Under the pieces are notes generated by a model. It saw nothing but the letters and a program-made list of their open reading frames with translations, ran no database searches and was not told where the DNA came from. Of a stretch of 64,000 nt of DNA, positions 35,447 to 46,180 are shown in pieces. The stretch is from Candidatus Omnitrophota bacterium. GTDB taxonomy: Bacteria > Omnitrophota > Gorgyraeia > Zapsychrales > Fredricksoniimonadaceae. Location: assembly GCA_903944345.1 (NCBI GenBank), contig CAJARJ010000021.1:5528-69527 (forward strand), in the 5' to 3' direction. The translations under genes and the position numbers were made by a program. The first letter of the stretch is position 1, and every line of letters begins with the position of its first letter.

Positions 35447-37492
35447 ATGACAGGAGACATTATGCAAACGACTATAATCACCAGCCGGCGTAAAAGTGCA
35501 AAAACATATTATGCGGCCAAGGTTGCCCAGCCCGCAACGGCTGCGCCGGAAGAGTCGTTTGTTTGCAGTGAACCGGAAATGCGGGAGGACGAAAAGATGT
35601 CCTGTCAGATCACCGACTTTGATACCCACCTTTTACGGGAAGGGCATCATTATCGTTTGTATCGTAAGTTGGGAGCGCATATTGTTGTGCAGGACGGTCT
35701 CAAGGGTGTCAAATTTGCGCTTTGGGCACCCAACGCCAAGAAGGTTTCGGTTGTTGGTGATTTCAATGGCTGGAAGCGCGGGGCGAATGTGCTGCAGTCC
35801 CGTGGAGATGGCTCAGGAATATGGGAGGGGTTTATTCCCCGCCTAGGTCACGGAACTTTGTACAAATACGCTATTCTCAGTCCTCAGGGCTGGCAGTTGG
35901 AAAAAGCCGATCCGGTTGGATTTCATTCCGAAGTTCCGCCGAAATCTGCCTCGATTGTCTGGGATACAAGTTATTCCTGGCAGGACGGGGCATGGATGGC
36001 CAAGCGATCGCAGTACAATGCTCTTAACCGACCGATGTCAGTCTATGAAGTGCATTTGGGTTCCTGGATGCGTTCGGTTGATAATGGCGGGCGTGCTTTG
36101 ACATATGTCGAACTTGCGGACAAACTGGTGGATTATGTGCGCAAGATGGGTTACACGCATGTGGAGCTTATGCCGGTTATGGCACATCCTTTTCAGGGGT
36201 CATGGGGGTATCAAACTATCGGACATTTTGCTCCGGCATCTTTTTTTGGCAGTCCTCAGGACTTGATGTATCTCATTGATCGCTTTCACCAATATGATAT
36301 TGCTGTTATTCTGGATTGGGTTCCGTCGCATTTTCCAAATGACGGGCACGGACTCTGGCAGTTTGACGGCACGGCTCTTTACGAGCATGAAGATATGCGC
36401 AAAGGTTTTCATCCCGACTGGAAAAGCTCCATTTTCAATTATGGCCGGGTTGAGGTGCGCAGTTATCTTATTTCCAGCGCCATGTTCTGGCTTGACCTTT
36501 ATCATGCGGACGGTTTGCGCGTGGATGGAGTGGCGTCCATGCTTTATCTGGATTATTCACGTCAGGAAGGGGAGTGGATTCCCAACTGTTTCGGTGGACG
36601 TGAAAATCTGGAGGCTATTGATTTTATTCGCAAGCTCAATGAGGCGGTTTATTCCGCACATCCTGATATTCAGATGATTGCGGAAGAATCGACCGCTTGG
36701 AGCAAGGTGTCTCGTCCGGTTTTTGAGGGGGGTCTTGGTTTCGGGATGAAATGGAATATGGGTTGGATGCACGATACGTTGGTCTATTTCACCAAGGATC
36801 CGGTCTACCGCAAACATCATCATAATCAGCTGACGTTCGGGCTTTTGTATGCTTTCACTGAAAACTTTATGATGTCTTTATCGCATGATGAGGTTGTCCA
36901 TGGCAAAGGCTCTCTTCTGCGCAAGATGCCTGGAGATGACTGGCAGAAATTTGCCAATTTACGGTTGTTGTTTGGCTACATGTTTGGTCAGCCCGGGAAA
37001 AAGTTGCACTTTATGGGTGGGGAGTTTGGGCAGTGGGATGAATGGAACTATCAGGCCAGTCTGGACTGGCACTTGCTGCAGTGGGCACCGCATCAGGGAG
37101 CACAAAAGTGGATGCAGGATCTTAATGAAATGTATCGTCGCGAGCCGGCACTTTATCAGCGGGATTTCACGCATGACGGGTTTGAATGGGTGGACTGCGG
37201 GGCGTGGGAGGATAGCGTGCTAACCTGGCTGCGCAAGGGAGACGATCCTGCACAAGATGTTCTGGTGGTTTGTAATTTTACGCCTGTTTTGCGTGAGAAG
37301 TATCCTGTCGGGGTTCCTCGTGCGGGCTACTGGAGAGAACTGCTGAACTCTGATGGGAAAATGTATGGCGGCAGCGACCAGGGAAATGCTGGCGGGATAA
37401 TGTCTTCTCCCGTTGAGGTTCAGGGGCGTCCACATTCGCTTTTGATGAATCTGCCTCCTTTGTCGATTGTGTTTTTGAAAAAAGAAAGTTAA
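35447..37492 (+). CDS. glgB: 1,4-alpha-glucan branching enzyme
   Basis: GH13 blocks DWVPSHF, GLRVDGVASMLYLDY and GGEFGQWDEW; N-terminal CBM48-like region. The start could be the internal M at 35462. Confidence 0.9.
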   Translation: MTGDIMQTTIITSRRKSAKTYYAAKVAQPATAAPEESFVCSEPEMREDEKMSCQITDFDTHLLREGHHYRLYRKLGAHIVVQDGLKGVKFALWAPNAKKVSVVGDFNGWKRGANVLQSRGDGSGIWEGFIPRLGHGTLYKYAILSPQGWQLEKADPVGFHSEVPPKSASIVWDTSYSWQDGAWMAKRSQYNALNRPMSVYEVHLGSWMRSVDNGGRALTYVELADKLVDYVRKMGYTHVELMPVMAHPFQGSWGYQTIGHFAPASFFGSPQDLMYLIDRFHQYDIAVILDWVPSHFPNDGHGLWQFDGTALYEHEDMRKGFHPDWKSSIFNYGRVEVRSYLISSAMFWLDLYHADGLRVDGVASMLYLDYSRQEGEWIPNCFGGRENLEAIDFIRKLNEAVYSAHPDIQMIAEESTAWSKVSRPVFEGGLGFGMKWNMGWMHDTLVYFTKDPVYRKHHHNQLTFGLLYAFTENFMMSLSHDEVVHGKGSLLRKMPGDDWQKFANLRLLFGYMFGQPGKKLHFMGGEFGQWDEWNYQASLDWHLLQWAPHQGAQKWMQDLNEMYRREPALYQRDFTHDGFEWVDCGAWEDSVLTWLRKGDDPAQDVLVVCNFTPVLREKYPVGVPRAGYWRELLNSDGKMYGGSDQGNAGGIMSSPVEVQGRPHSLLMNLPPLSIVFLKKES

Positions 37493-37507
37493 CGAAAAGG
37501 GTTTTCT

Positions 37508-39202
37508 ATGCAAAGCTGGCGAATTGGTTTTATTTTCCTTTTCTTTCTTATGATGGCAGATGCTTTTGTCGCTGCAGACAATTTGCCGGTGGAATCCAAA
37601 ATCATTTCGGCAGTAGTTTATCCGCAAGGGGCGCGCATAACCCGCAGCACCAGAGTCCAGCTTAAAGAAGGAACGCAAACGATAACTCTGGAAGGTGTTC
37701 TGCCCGATTTTGATGAAAATTCGATGTCTGTTTCCGGGGCAGGGACGGCTCTGGCCAAAATTCTGGGGGCGGGTATTCGGACGGTTTATTTGCAGGAATC
37801 CTCGGATGTTCGTGTCCGGGAATTGCAGACGGCGCTTCAGCAGGCAGATGACCAGATTGAAGAAGCGAAGGCTGCGGCCTCTGTTCTGGCAGAAAAGAAA
37901 GCCTTTCTTGATTCTCTGCGGCTTTTTTCCCAGGGGCAATTGCCCAAAGACCTGGTCACCAAGTTGCCGACGGTTGACGAACTTAAGGGAACTTTGTCTT
38001 TTCTTGAACAGGAAAATAAACTTTACCAGGAAGGGCGAATTGCTTCCACTGTTCTATTACGCGAGCTTGCTTCAAAAAAAATGGTTCTTGCGCAAGAGTT
38101 AAATCAGTTGAATTCCGGAGTGCGCAAGGCGGAACGTGTTCTTGCGGTGGATGTGGAATGTGAACGGGCGGGCGAATTAAAGCTGGAGATTGCCTACACA
38201 GTTAATAATGTTAGCTGGCAGCCAATATATGATGCCCGGGTCAATTTTGAAAAAGCCAAGACTGTTCTTAGCGCTTTTGCAGTGGCCGCCCAGGCTACCG
38301 GCGAGGACTGGAATGACGTAGCTTTGACTCTTTCCACAGCGCGGCCTTCAGTCGGGGGGACCATGCCGGAGCTGTCAGCCTGGTATTTGAGTCCGGTTAT
38401 GCCAATGCCGTCTCGCCGTAAAATGGCCAAGGGAATGATGATGGACGCCGGAGAATCCACTTTTGCTTCGTCTGGGATTGCGCAGGAGATGGATTTCGAC
38501 AGCAACAAATCAGACAAGCTTGTAGAGCGGGAAGCTGCTCCGGTGTATGCCCAGTCCGAGTCCTCCGGTGTTTCGCTGGTCTATAAGGCGGCTCGTCCGG
38601 TAACAATCAAGTCGGACGGAAGTGAAACACGTGTTCCGCTTCTTTCCCAGAATTTTGATGCAGATTTCGAGTATGCCGCTACTCCCAAACTTTCTCCTTA
38701 TGCCTATCTGACAACCCGGGTGACCAATGGTTCCCAGGATCAGCTGATGTCCGGCCGGGTTAACATTTTTCTGGACGGGACATTCGTTGGTGCGTCGGCT
38801 ATCGATCGCACTGTGTCGGCAGGGGAGTCGTTTATGCTGCACCTGGGGATCGACGAGGGGGTCGAGGTCAAACGGGAATTGCTCGAGCAGAAAACTGATG
38901 ATACTTTGATCGGGAATATTCCTTCTCCGACAAAAAAGGTTTCATATGCATACAAGTTCAAGTTGGAGAACAAGAAAGCACGTCCGGTGCGGATCAAGGT
39001 TTTTGACCATGTTCCGGTTTCCCAGGATGACAAGATCAAGGTTTCGGGCATCCGTCTGGAGCTTAAGCCTGATACGGACCGTTATGAAGGACGCCCCGGC
39101 GTTTATTGCTGGACGCTGACGCTGCAGCCCGGAGAAAAGAAAGAATTTGCGCTGGCCTATGTTGTGGAGTACCCCAGGGATTTGATCGTGAGCGGTTTGT
39201 AA
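37508..39202 (+). CDS. DUF4139/DUF4140 domain protein (MuiA-like conserved hypothetical) with signal peptide
   Basis: Signal peptide FIFLFFLMMADAFVAA; a coiled-coil middle; C-terminal blocks resembling DUF4139 (VSWQPIYDARV, VNIFLDGTFVG). Confidence 0.5.
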   Translation: MQSWRIGFIFLFFLMMADAFVAADNLPVESKIISAVVYPQGARITRSTRVQLKEGTQTITLEGVLPDFDENSMSVSGAGTALAKILGAGIRTVYLQESSDVRVRELQTALQQADDQIEEAKAAASVLAEKKAFLDSLRLFSQGQLPKDLVTKLPTVDELKGTLSFLEQENKLYQEGRIASTVLLRELASKKMVLAQELNQLNSGVRKAERVLAVDVECERAGELKLEIAYTVNNVSWQPIYDARVNFEKAKTVLSAFAVAAQATGEDWNDVALTLSTARPSVGGTMPELSAWYLSPVMPMPSRRKMAKGMMMDAGESTFASSGIAQEMDFDSNKSDKLVEREAAPVYAQSESSGVSLVYKAARPVTIKSDGSETRVPLLSQNFDADFEYAATPKLSPYAYLTTRVTNGSQDQLMSGRVNIFLDGTFVGASAIDRTVSAGESFMLHLGIDEGVEVKRELLEQKTDDTLIGNIPSPTKKVSYAYKFKLENKKARPVRIKVFDHVPVSQDDKIKVSGIRLELKPDTDRYEGRPGVYCWTLTLQPGEKKEFALAYVVEYPRDLIVSGL

Positions 39203-39261
39203 GGGCTCTTTCGGAAAGTTGGGAAAGGTTTATCTTAATGGTTTGACAACACGCCTGTGGC

Positions 39262-41706
39262 GTGGAACAGGATAGAGAAGTGAACAAGTTCGTTTGTCTG
39301 CATGGTCATTTTTACCAGCCTCCTCGAGAAAATCCTTGGCTGGAAGAAGTTGAACTTCAGGAATCTGCCCATCCTTATCATGACTGGAATGAGCGGATTA
39401 CCGCCGAGTGTTATGCCCGCAACGGCGCCTCCCGTATTATGGATCATCAGGGGCGCATCATTGAAATTGTTAATAATTATTCCAAAATCAGTTTTAATAT
39501 GGGGCCGACGCTTTTGTCCTGGATGGAAAAATGCGACCCGGAAGCCTATCGCGCGGTTATTGAAGCAGACCGTTTGAGTCGCCAGCGTTTTTCCGGGCAT
39601 GGTTCGGCGATGGCGCAGGTTTATAATCATATGATTATGCCTCTGGCTAATGCCCGGGACAAGCGGACACAGGTGCTTTGGGGAATTCGTGATTTTGAAA
39701 GTCGCTTTAATCGCAAGCCGGAAGGGATGTGGCTGGCGGAAGCGGCTGTCGATCTGGAGAGCCTGGACATCATGGCGGAAGAGGGCATTCTTTTTACGGT
39801 TTTAGCGCCGCATCAGGCCCGGAGGGTGCGCAAACTGAAAGAAAAGCGTGCCTGGGAGCCGCAGGATGAGGAGCATATCGATCTGCGTCGGCCGTATTTA
39901 TGTCATTTGCCGTCGGGGCGTTCAATTGCAATATTTTTTTATGATGGTCCGATTTCTCTTTCAGTGGCCTTCGAGGGGCTTTTGCATAACGGTGAGTCGT
40001 TGGCCCGTCGAGTATTGGGTGCGCTTGATCAGAATGCCCGGGAGCCTCAGCTGGTGCATATTGCCACTGACGGAGAGTCCTACGGACATCACCACAAGTT
40101 TGGAGATATGGCGCTGGCTTATGCGCTGCGTTATATCGAATCCCACAGTCATGCGCGCTTGACGGTTTATGGAGAGTATCTTGAAAAGTATCCTCCGGAA
40201 TACGAGGTTGAGATAGTTGAGAACAGCTCTTGGAGTTGTATTCATGGTATCGAGCGTTGGAGAGACAACTGTGGCTGCAACAGCGGCACCAAGGCCGGAT
40301 GGCATCAGGAATGGAGAGCCCCGTTGCGTCAGGCGCTGGACTGGCTGCGCGATCGTGCGGCTAAGGTATTCGTCGAGCAGACGGCATCCTATGTCAAGGA
40401 TCCATGGGCGCTGCGCGATGCGTATATTGATGTGATTCTTGATCGTAACCGGTATAATGTCGAGCGTTTTCTTGCCCAGCATATCCAGCATCCTTTGCAT
40501 GCGGACGACAAGAATCGTTTTTTGCGTGCGCTCGAAGTCCAGCGTAACGCCTTGCTCATGTATACCAGTTGCGGATGGTTTTTTGATGATATCTCCGGGA
40601 TTGAAACTGTTCAGATCATCAAGTATGCTGCTCGAGTTATACAGCTTGTCCGTCGCTTGACCGGTGAAGATTTTGAGCCGGGCTTTGTCGAACTTTTGTC
40701 CAAGGCCCGCAGTAATGTTGCCGAAGCCAATAACGGGGCACGCATTTATAAGTCGTATGTTGAGCCTTCGGTAGTGGATATTTTACGGGTTGGTGCGCAT
40801 TATGCGATGAGCTCCTTGTACCAGGAGTACCCCAAAGAAGCCCGTCTGTATTGTTTTACTGTGCGTCAGCAGGCCTATGAGAAACAGGTGGTCGGCAAGC
40901 TGGAACTGGCGGTCGGCCGTGCCGAGATTGTTTCCGAGGTGACTTGGACGAGTATCCCGGTGCAGTTTTGTGTGATGCATCTGGGAGACCATAACTTTAT
41001 TTGCGGAGTGGATTATTTCCGGGAGGAGCCGGATTTCGAGAAAAGGCTTGTCGAGATGAAGGCTCTTTTTGCCGAAGGAGATATCCCTCGGGCTATTCAG
41101 GCGATTAATGCTTCCTTTGGCCTTAAAAGTTATTCGCTGTGGCATTTGTTCAAACAGGAACAGAAAATTATTCTCGATCAGATTTTTGAGAGCACTCTGC
41201 GGGAAATGGAGTCTTCGTTCCGTCGTCTTTATGACGACCATTTCTCTCTTATCAGGATGATCAATGAGCACAGCATTCCTTTACCCAAAGCTCTGGCGAA
41301 TGTAGTGGAGTTTGTGCTTAATCGCGACCTGACGCAGGTTCTCGAAATGGAAGAGGTTCCGCTGGATCGGCTGGATCGGCTGGTTAAGGAGATTCGCCGC
41401 TGGGAGTTTAAACGGGACAAGGCCAGTCTGGATATGCTGGCTTCAGAGAAGATTCGCAGCATTATGGCCATCTTCGGACGGGATCCGTCGGATACGCGTT
41501 TTCTTGAATATGCTCTGGCTGTAATTGAGCGTTTAAGTGAGTTGCAGCTGGATATTGATTTATGGCATCCGCAGAATGTATTCTTCAGGGTTGGCAAGGA
41601 ACTTTATCCGAACAGAAAACGACTGGCGGAAAGTGATGATCTTTCCCGCCGGTGGGTTGCCGCATTCGACCGTCTGGGCGAGATCCTGAAAGTGCGCGTT
41701 ATTTAG
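39262..41706 (+). CDS. Glycoside hydrolase family 57 protein (alpha-glucan-active; GH57 catalytic domain + C-terminal helical domain)
   Basis: The N-terminal CLHGHFYQPPRENPW is the GH57 signature region; IATDGESYGHHHKFGDMALAY is the catalytic nucleophile region. Confidence 0.8.
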   Translation: MEQDREVNKFVCLHGHFYQPPRENPWLEEVELQESAHPYHDWNERITAECYARNGASRIMDHQGRIIEIVNNYSKISFNMGPTLLSWMEKCDPEAYRAVIEADRLSRQRFSGHGSAMAQVYNHMIMPLANARDKRTQVLWGIRDFESRFNRKPEGMWLAEAAVDLESLDIMAEEGILFTVLAPHQARRVRKLKEKRAWEPQDEEHIDLRRPYLCHLPSGRSIAIFFYDGPISLSVAFEGLLHNGESLARRVLGALDQNAREPQLVHIATDGESYGHHHKFGDMALAYALRYIESHSHARLTVYGEYLEKYPPEYEVEIVENSSWSCIHGIERWRDNCGCNSGTKAGWHQEWRAPLRQALDWLRDRAAKVFVEQTASYVKDPWALRDAYIDVILDRNRYNVERFLAQHIQHPLHADDKNRFLRALEVQRNALLMYTSCGWFFDDISGIETVQIIKYAARVIQLVRRLTGEDFEPGFVELLSKARSNVAEANNGARIYKSYVEPSVVDILRVGAHYAMSSLYQEYPKEARLYCFTVRQQAYEKQVVGKLELAVGRAEIVSEVTWTSIPVQFCVMHLGDHNFICGVDYFREEPDFEKRLVEMKALFAEGDIPRAIQAINASFGLKSYSLWHLFKQEQKIILDQIFESTLREMESSFRRLYDDHFSLIRMINEHSIPLPKALANVVEFVLNRDLTQVLEMEEVPLDRLDRLVKEIRRWEFKRDKASLDMLASEKIRSIMAIFGRDPSDTRFLEYALAVIERLSELQLDIDLWHPQNVFFRVGKELYPNRKRLAESDDLSRRWVAAFDRLGEILKVRVI

Positions 41707-41724
41707 GCGCAGGAAGGAGGGCCT

Positions 41725-43257
41725 ATGGCCGCCGGAGTAATTGATATCGGTTCCAATTCGGTCAAGCTTCTTATCGGGGAACCCGGGGACGGCGATGTCA
41801 TGGTTCTGGAGTCGCTGAGGAATATATCTCCCATCGGGCGCTCGACGTTCCTGAAAGGTTATATTGCCCAGGAACCGATTAATCTGACCATCGAGATTCT
41901 GCACAAATATCGCAAGGCCCTTCGGGAATACCAGATCGACAAGGTTTTTGTTATTGCCACCACCGCGGTGCGTGAGGCTTCCAATCGTAATATATTCGTG
42001 GATACTGTCCGTCGCAAAACCGGCTTTGAGATCGAAGTGCTCAATGTCGGTGATATTGTTTATTATATTGATGCTTATATTGCCTTCAAGCTCAAGGAGC
42101 GCTACCCGGTTCATAACCGGAACCTGTTGATTTGCGAGATGGGGGCGGGCAGCGTGGATGTTTCGTTTTTGAAAAAAGGGTTTACGGTCATGAACACCGG
42201 CCTGGCTTTGGGCTCCCTGCGCTTTCGTCAGCTGGTTAGCCGTCTTGGTGGCAGCATGGAAGAAACGACCGAAGCCCTGCAGGAATATATCGAGAACGAG
42301 TTTGCTTTTCTGCGCCAGAGATTGCCCTCTGGTGCGATCGATGATATTTTTTTGATCGATGAGAATCAGGAATATTTGCGGGCGATCTTGCCTAATCGCA
42401 AGATTGCCAGCAATTTCTTCCAGTTCGGAATCAGTGATGTCGAGCAAATTATCGCCGCACTTACGGGCAAAACCAATGAGGAGATTTCCGAGGTCTATGA
42501 TATGCCTCCGGAAGGGGCGGACGCGTTGTTGCCCTATATGATCATTCTGAAAATGTTTTTTGAGTTGACCCGTAATCCGCATGTTTATATTCTGGAAACG
42601 TCCCTGGCCGAGGCGGTTTTGGCCAATAAACTGCTGGGTCTGGAATTAAGCCGGCGTTACAGTAAAACCAATCAGTTGCTTTCAGTGGCGCACTCCATTT
42701 GCGAGAAATATCATATGGATCTGGATCACGCCAAGCATACTTCGCATGCCGCCCGGATTCTTTTTGAGGGCCTTGCGGAGCAACTGGGTCTTGAGCCCAG
42801 TCATCAGCTTTATCTGGTGCTGGCGGCCTATTTGCATGATATAGGAAAGTTTATCTCGAATCGTTCGCACCACAAGCATTCAGAGTACATCATCAACTCG
42901 TTAAATCTTTCGCGCTTGACCGAGGAAGAAGTCCGGATTATCGCTTGCGTGGCGCGTTATCATCGTCGGGGAGATCCTTCCAAGTCGCACCTTCTTTACA
43001 ATAGTTTGGCAGAAGACAAGCAGATTCTGGTACAGAAACTGTCGGCACTCCTGCGTCTGGCCAATGCGCTGGATCATTCGCATCGGCAGAAGGTTAAGGG
43101 GATGCGGGTGCTGGGGGCGGACAGTGATGATATAACGGTGCAGGTCGATACACGTTCGAATTTTTTGCTGGAAAAGAACGATTTTAATGACAAAAAAGAT
43201 CTGCTGGAAAAGATCACCGGCAGCCGTATCAAACTGGCGGTTAACGAGAATTTTTAG
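41725..43257 (+). CDS. ppx: Exopolyphosphatase / guanosine pentaphosphate phosphohydrolase family protein (Ppx/GppA)
   Basis: N-terminal actin-like ATPase motifs (IDIGSNSVKLLIGE; CEMGAGSVDVSF) and a C-terminal HD-like domain (LAAYLHDIGKFISNRSHHKHSEYII). Confidence 0.85.
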   Translation: MAAGVIDIGSNSVKLLIGEPGDGDVMVLESLRNISPIGRSTFLKGYIAQEPINLTIEILHKYRKALREYQIDKVFVIATTAVREASNRNIFVDTVRRKTGFEIEVLNVGDIVYYIDAYIAFKLKERYPVHNRNLLICEMGAGSVDVSFLKKGFTVMNTGLALGSLRFRQLVSRLGGSMEETTEALQEYIENEFAFLRQRLPSGAIDDIFLIDENQEYLRAILPNRKIASNFFQFGISDVEQIIAALTGKTNEEISEVYDMPPEGADALLPYMIILKMFFELTRNPHVYILETSLAEAVLANKLLGLELSRRYSKTNQLLSVAHSICEKYHMDLDHAKHTSHAARILFEGLAEQLGLEPSHQLYLVLAAYLHDIGKFISNRSHHKHSEYIINSLNLSRLTEEEVRIIACVARYHRRGDPSKSHLLYNSLAEDKQILVQKLSALLRLANALDHSHRQKVKGMRVLGADSDDITVQVDTRSNFLLEKNDFNDKKDLLEKITGSRIKLAVNENF

Positions 43258-43259
43258 TT

Positions 43260-45284
43260 ATGGCTGATATTGAAAATCGCGATAAGTACATTCACCGGGA
43301 TCTGAGCTGGCTGGCTTTTAACAGCCGGGTGCTGGAAGAGGCGTTGGAACCAGAGAATCCGCTGCTGGAGCAGGCTCGTTTTCTGGCGATCTGCGCCAGC
43401 AACCTCGACGAATTTCTTATGGTGCGCTATGCCGGCATCCGCAGCCTGCAGGATGCCCGGCATAATCATAAGGATGCTTATGGTTATTACCCGCAGGATA
43501 TTTTTCGTCAGCTGAGAACCGAGGTAGACGGATTTATTCGCCGGTTGTATGGAGTCTTTGAAGGCAAGATCAAGCCCGGGCTGGTAGCAGAAAGAATTTA
43601 TCTTCGTCGCTGCAGCGAGCTTAACGGTGAGCAGCAGAAATTTGTTAAAAGATTTTTTGACGGCACTCTGTACCCGGTGGTCACCCCGATGGCCATTGAT
43701 CAGGGGCATCCGTTTCCGGTTCTGATTTCGCGGACTATGGCTTTTGCTGTGCATCTGGAGCGTAAAGGCGAACCTCGTCTGGCGCTGGTGCCTGTTCCGG
43801 CTAATCTGCCCCGGCTGGTCAAATTACCCTCGCAGGCGGACACTCACGAGTTTATTTTGCTGGACGAGATTTTACGAGAACATCTGAGTATTTTTTTCCG
43901 AGGGTTTGAGTTGTCTGCTTGCGCTTTGTTCCGGATTATTCGCGACGGTGATCTGGCCGTGGACGAGGAGTTCTCTCCGAATTTGCTTAAATCCATCGAA
44001 GAAGAGGTCAAGAAACGTCCCCAGGCGCGGGTGGTGCACTTATGTGTGGAGGAAGGCTGCTCTCCCGGTTTGCTGGAAGTTTTGACCGACGCGCTCAATT
44101 TCCCGCTGGAAGAGGTGGCTTTTCTCCGCGGCGAGTTTGACCTGACTTTTCTTTTTACTCTTGCAGGCGTCGTGCCGCGTCCGGAATTGATTTATCCGGC
44201 GCTCATGCCGGCCAAACTGGCATACGATAATATTTTTAACCGCATTCGTGAGGGAGATTTTTTGCTGCATATGCCGTACCAGTCGTTTCAGCCGACGGTT
44301 GATTTGCTCAAGACGGCAGCGATTGATCCGGATGTGCTGGCGGTGAAGATGACCCTTTATCGTGCGAGTGAGGATTCCGAGATTGTTGCCGCGCTCAAAG
44401 AGGCAGCCCGGCGCAAGAAGCAGGTGACGGTCCTGGTCGAGATCAAGGCTCGCTTTGACGAGGAACGCAATATTGTTTGGGCACGGCAACTGGAAGAAGC
44501 AGGTTGTCACGTGATTTATGGTATTCCCGGGGTCAAGATTCATTCCAAGATCTGTCTTGTGGTCCGACGGGAGGAGGGGCGAACGCGTCGTTATGTGCAT
44601 TTGTCCACCGGCAATTATAATGAAAAGACGGCCCGGGTTTACACTGATCTTGGATATTTCACGGCCAATGATGATTTTGCCCGGGATATTTCGGATCTGT
44701 TTAATGTTATTACCGGGTATTCCCGTCCGGCGCGCTGGAAAAGGGTTATTTCTTCGCCGAATGATCTGCGGGAATATTTCTTCGAGTTGATTGACCGCGA
44801 GATAGCTTTTCAGAAAGAGCACCGTAACGGGTTTATTATTGCCAAGATGAACTCTCTGGAGGATACCCGTATTGTTGACAAGCTGTATGAGGCATCCAAG
44901 GCAGGGGTGCGCATTCATTTGATTGTGCGCGGTATCTGTATTCTGGTCGCCGGAGTTCCTGGTTTGAGTGACACTATTACTGTCAAGAGCGTAGTTGGAC
45001 GTTTTCTCGAACATTCCCGGATATTTCTTTTTAACAATAACTCCGACCACCGGATTTTTTTATCTTCTGCGGACTGGATGTCGAGAAACTTTGATCGTCG
45101 CATCGAACTGTTATTTGAAATTCTTCAGCCGGAACTCAAGGAGCATTTGCGTACCATTCTTGAGATGACCTGGAAAGACAATCAGAAAGCCCGGCTGCTC
45201 TTGCCGCAAAGGACGTATTCTTTTCTCAAGGCGCATGAAGACAGGCATAGCGTGCAGGGGTTTTTTCTTGGATATTATGCATGA
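43260..45284 (+). CDS. ppk: Polyphosphate kinase 1
   Basis: 674 aa; PPK1 blocks including HSKICLVVRRE, RYVHLSTGNYN and the PLD-like SADWMSRNFDRRIEL. Confidence 0.95.
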   Translation: MADIENRDKYIHRDLSWLAFNSRVLEEALEPENPLLEQARFLAICASNLDEFLMVRYAGIRSLQDARHNHKDAYGYYPQDIFRQLRTEVDGFIRRLYGVFEGKIKPGLVAERIYLRRCSELNGEQQKFVKRFFDGTLYPVVTPMAIDQGHPFPVLISRTMAFAVHLERKGEPRLALVPVPANLPRLVKLPSQADTHEFILLDEILREHLSIFFRGFELSACALFRIIRDGDLAVDEEFSPNLLKSIEEEVKKRPQARVVHLCVEEGCSPGLLEVLTDALNFPLEEVAFLRGEFDLTFLFTLAGVVPRPELIYPALMPAKLAYDNIFNRIREGDFLLHMPYQSFQPTVDLLKTAAIDPDVLAVKMTLYRASEDSEIVAALKEAARRKKQVTVLVEIKARFDEERNIVWARQLEEAGCHVIYGIPGVKIHSKICLVVRREEGRTRRYVHLSTGNYNEKTARVYTDLGYFTANDDFARDISDLFNVITGYSRPARWKRVISSPNDLREYFFELIDREIAFQKEHRNGFIIAKMNSLEDTRIVDKLYEASKAGVRIHLIVRGICILVAGVPGLSDTITVKSVVGRFLEHSRIFLFNNNSDHRIFLSSADWMSRNFDRRIELLFEILQPELKEHLRTILEMTWKDNQKARLLLPQRTYSFLKAHEDRHSVQGFFLGYYA

Positions 45285-46180
45285 CCGCTAAAGGATCCAT
45301 GGACGAAAAAGAGTTGTATTTTGTATTGGCCGGGGAGCATGTCAGGGCTGTGGAAGCCGAGGTCGCCGGGGTGCGTTCGGCCCGGGACATTGAATGTCTG
45401 CACCGGATGCGAGTAGCGTTAAGACGCCTTAAAGCCACACTTTCGGATTTTCGAGAACTGCTGCCGGCGCGTGAATATGTTTCTCTTCTGGGTAATGTGG
45501 ACAAGTTGCTCAGAGCCCTGGGACAGGCGAGGGATATTGACACCAAAATAGCTTTTCTGAATGCTCTTCTTTCCGGCGGGCAGGCAGAATCTGTTCGTGC
45601 GGGCATTCTTGAAATTATTGATGAACTGGCGGAAGATCGCAGCGAGATACAACCTAAAATACTTAAATGGATTTCGCGCTTGCGGCAGAAACAGGTCTTT
45701 CGCGCCGCGGTCAAACTCAGGCCCGCGCTTGAGAATACGGGAATGACTTTGGATGAGTGGGCCAGGAACCGTATTCTTGCCCGTTTGGAGAAGTTTTTTT
45801 CGCTCGAAGCGTATGTTCGCCGCCCGGGTTGTATCAGGGAACTGCACGGAATGCGGATTGCCGCCAAGAATCTGCGCTATACGCTGGAGAATTTCTCCCG
45901 TCTTTATGGAAAAGAAGCTCTGGATTTCGCCGGTTCCGCCATGCTCGTCCAGCGGGCGCTTGGAGAGGTTCACAGTTTTGATATCTGGCTGGGATTACTC
46001 GATATCCTGGCGGACAGTTCCGGGCGTGAGCCGTCTTTTCGCCGGGCTGTTGTTTTTCTTCGCAAGGAGTGCCAGAGTCGCCGGTCAGCAGCGTATCAAT
46101 CTTTTCTCGAGCTCTGGTCGGATCTCAAGCACAAAAAGACCTGGGCGCGGCTGGGTTTCTTCGCTTTGGATCGTTCATGA
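45281..46180 (+). CDS. CHAD domain-containing protein
   Basis: Helical repeat blocks RMRVALRRLKATL and MRIAAKNLRYTLE typical of CHAD. Translationally coupled to ppk upstream and the MPP gene downstream. Confidence 0.7.
   Translation: MTAKGSMDEKELYFVLAGEHVRAVEAEVAGVRSARDIECLHRMRVALRRLKATLSDFRELLPAREYVSLLGNVDKLLRALGQARDIDTKIAFLNALLSGGQAESVRAGILEIIDELAEDRSEIQPKILKWISRLRQKQVFRAAVKLRPALENTGMTLDEWARNRILARLEKFFSLEAYVRRPGCIRELHGMRIAAKNLRYTLENFSRLYGKEALDFAGSAMLVQRALGEVHSFDIWLGLLDILADSSGREPSFRRAVVFLRKECQSRRSAAYQSFLELWSDLKHKKTWARLGFFALDRS

Noticed and set aside
41560-42582. 340-aa minus-strand ORF
   Set aside because: Entirely antisense to the well-supported ppx/gppA gene and the GH57 3' end; no motifs.
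44040-45050. 336-aa minus-strand ORF inside ppk
   Set aside because: Antisense to polyphosphate kinase 1, which is conserved throughout its length.
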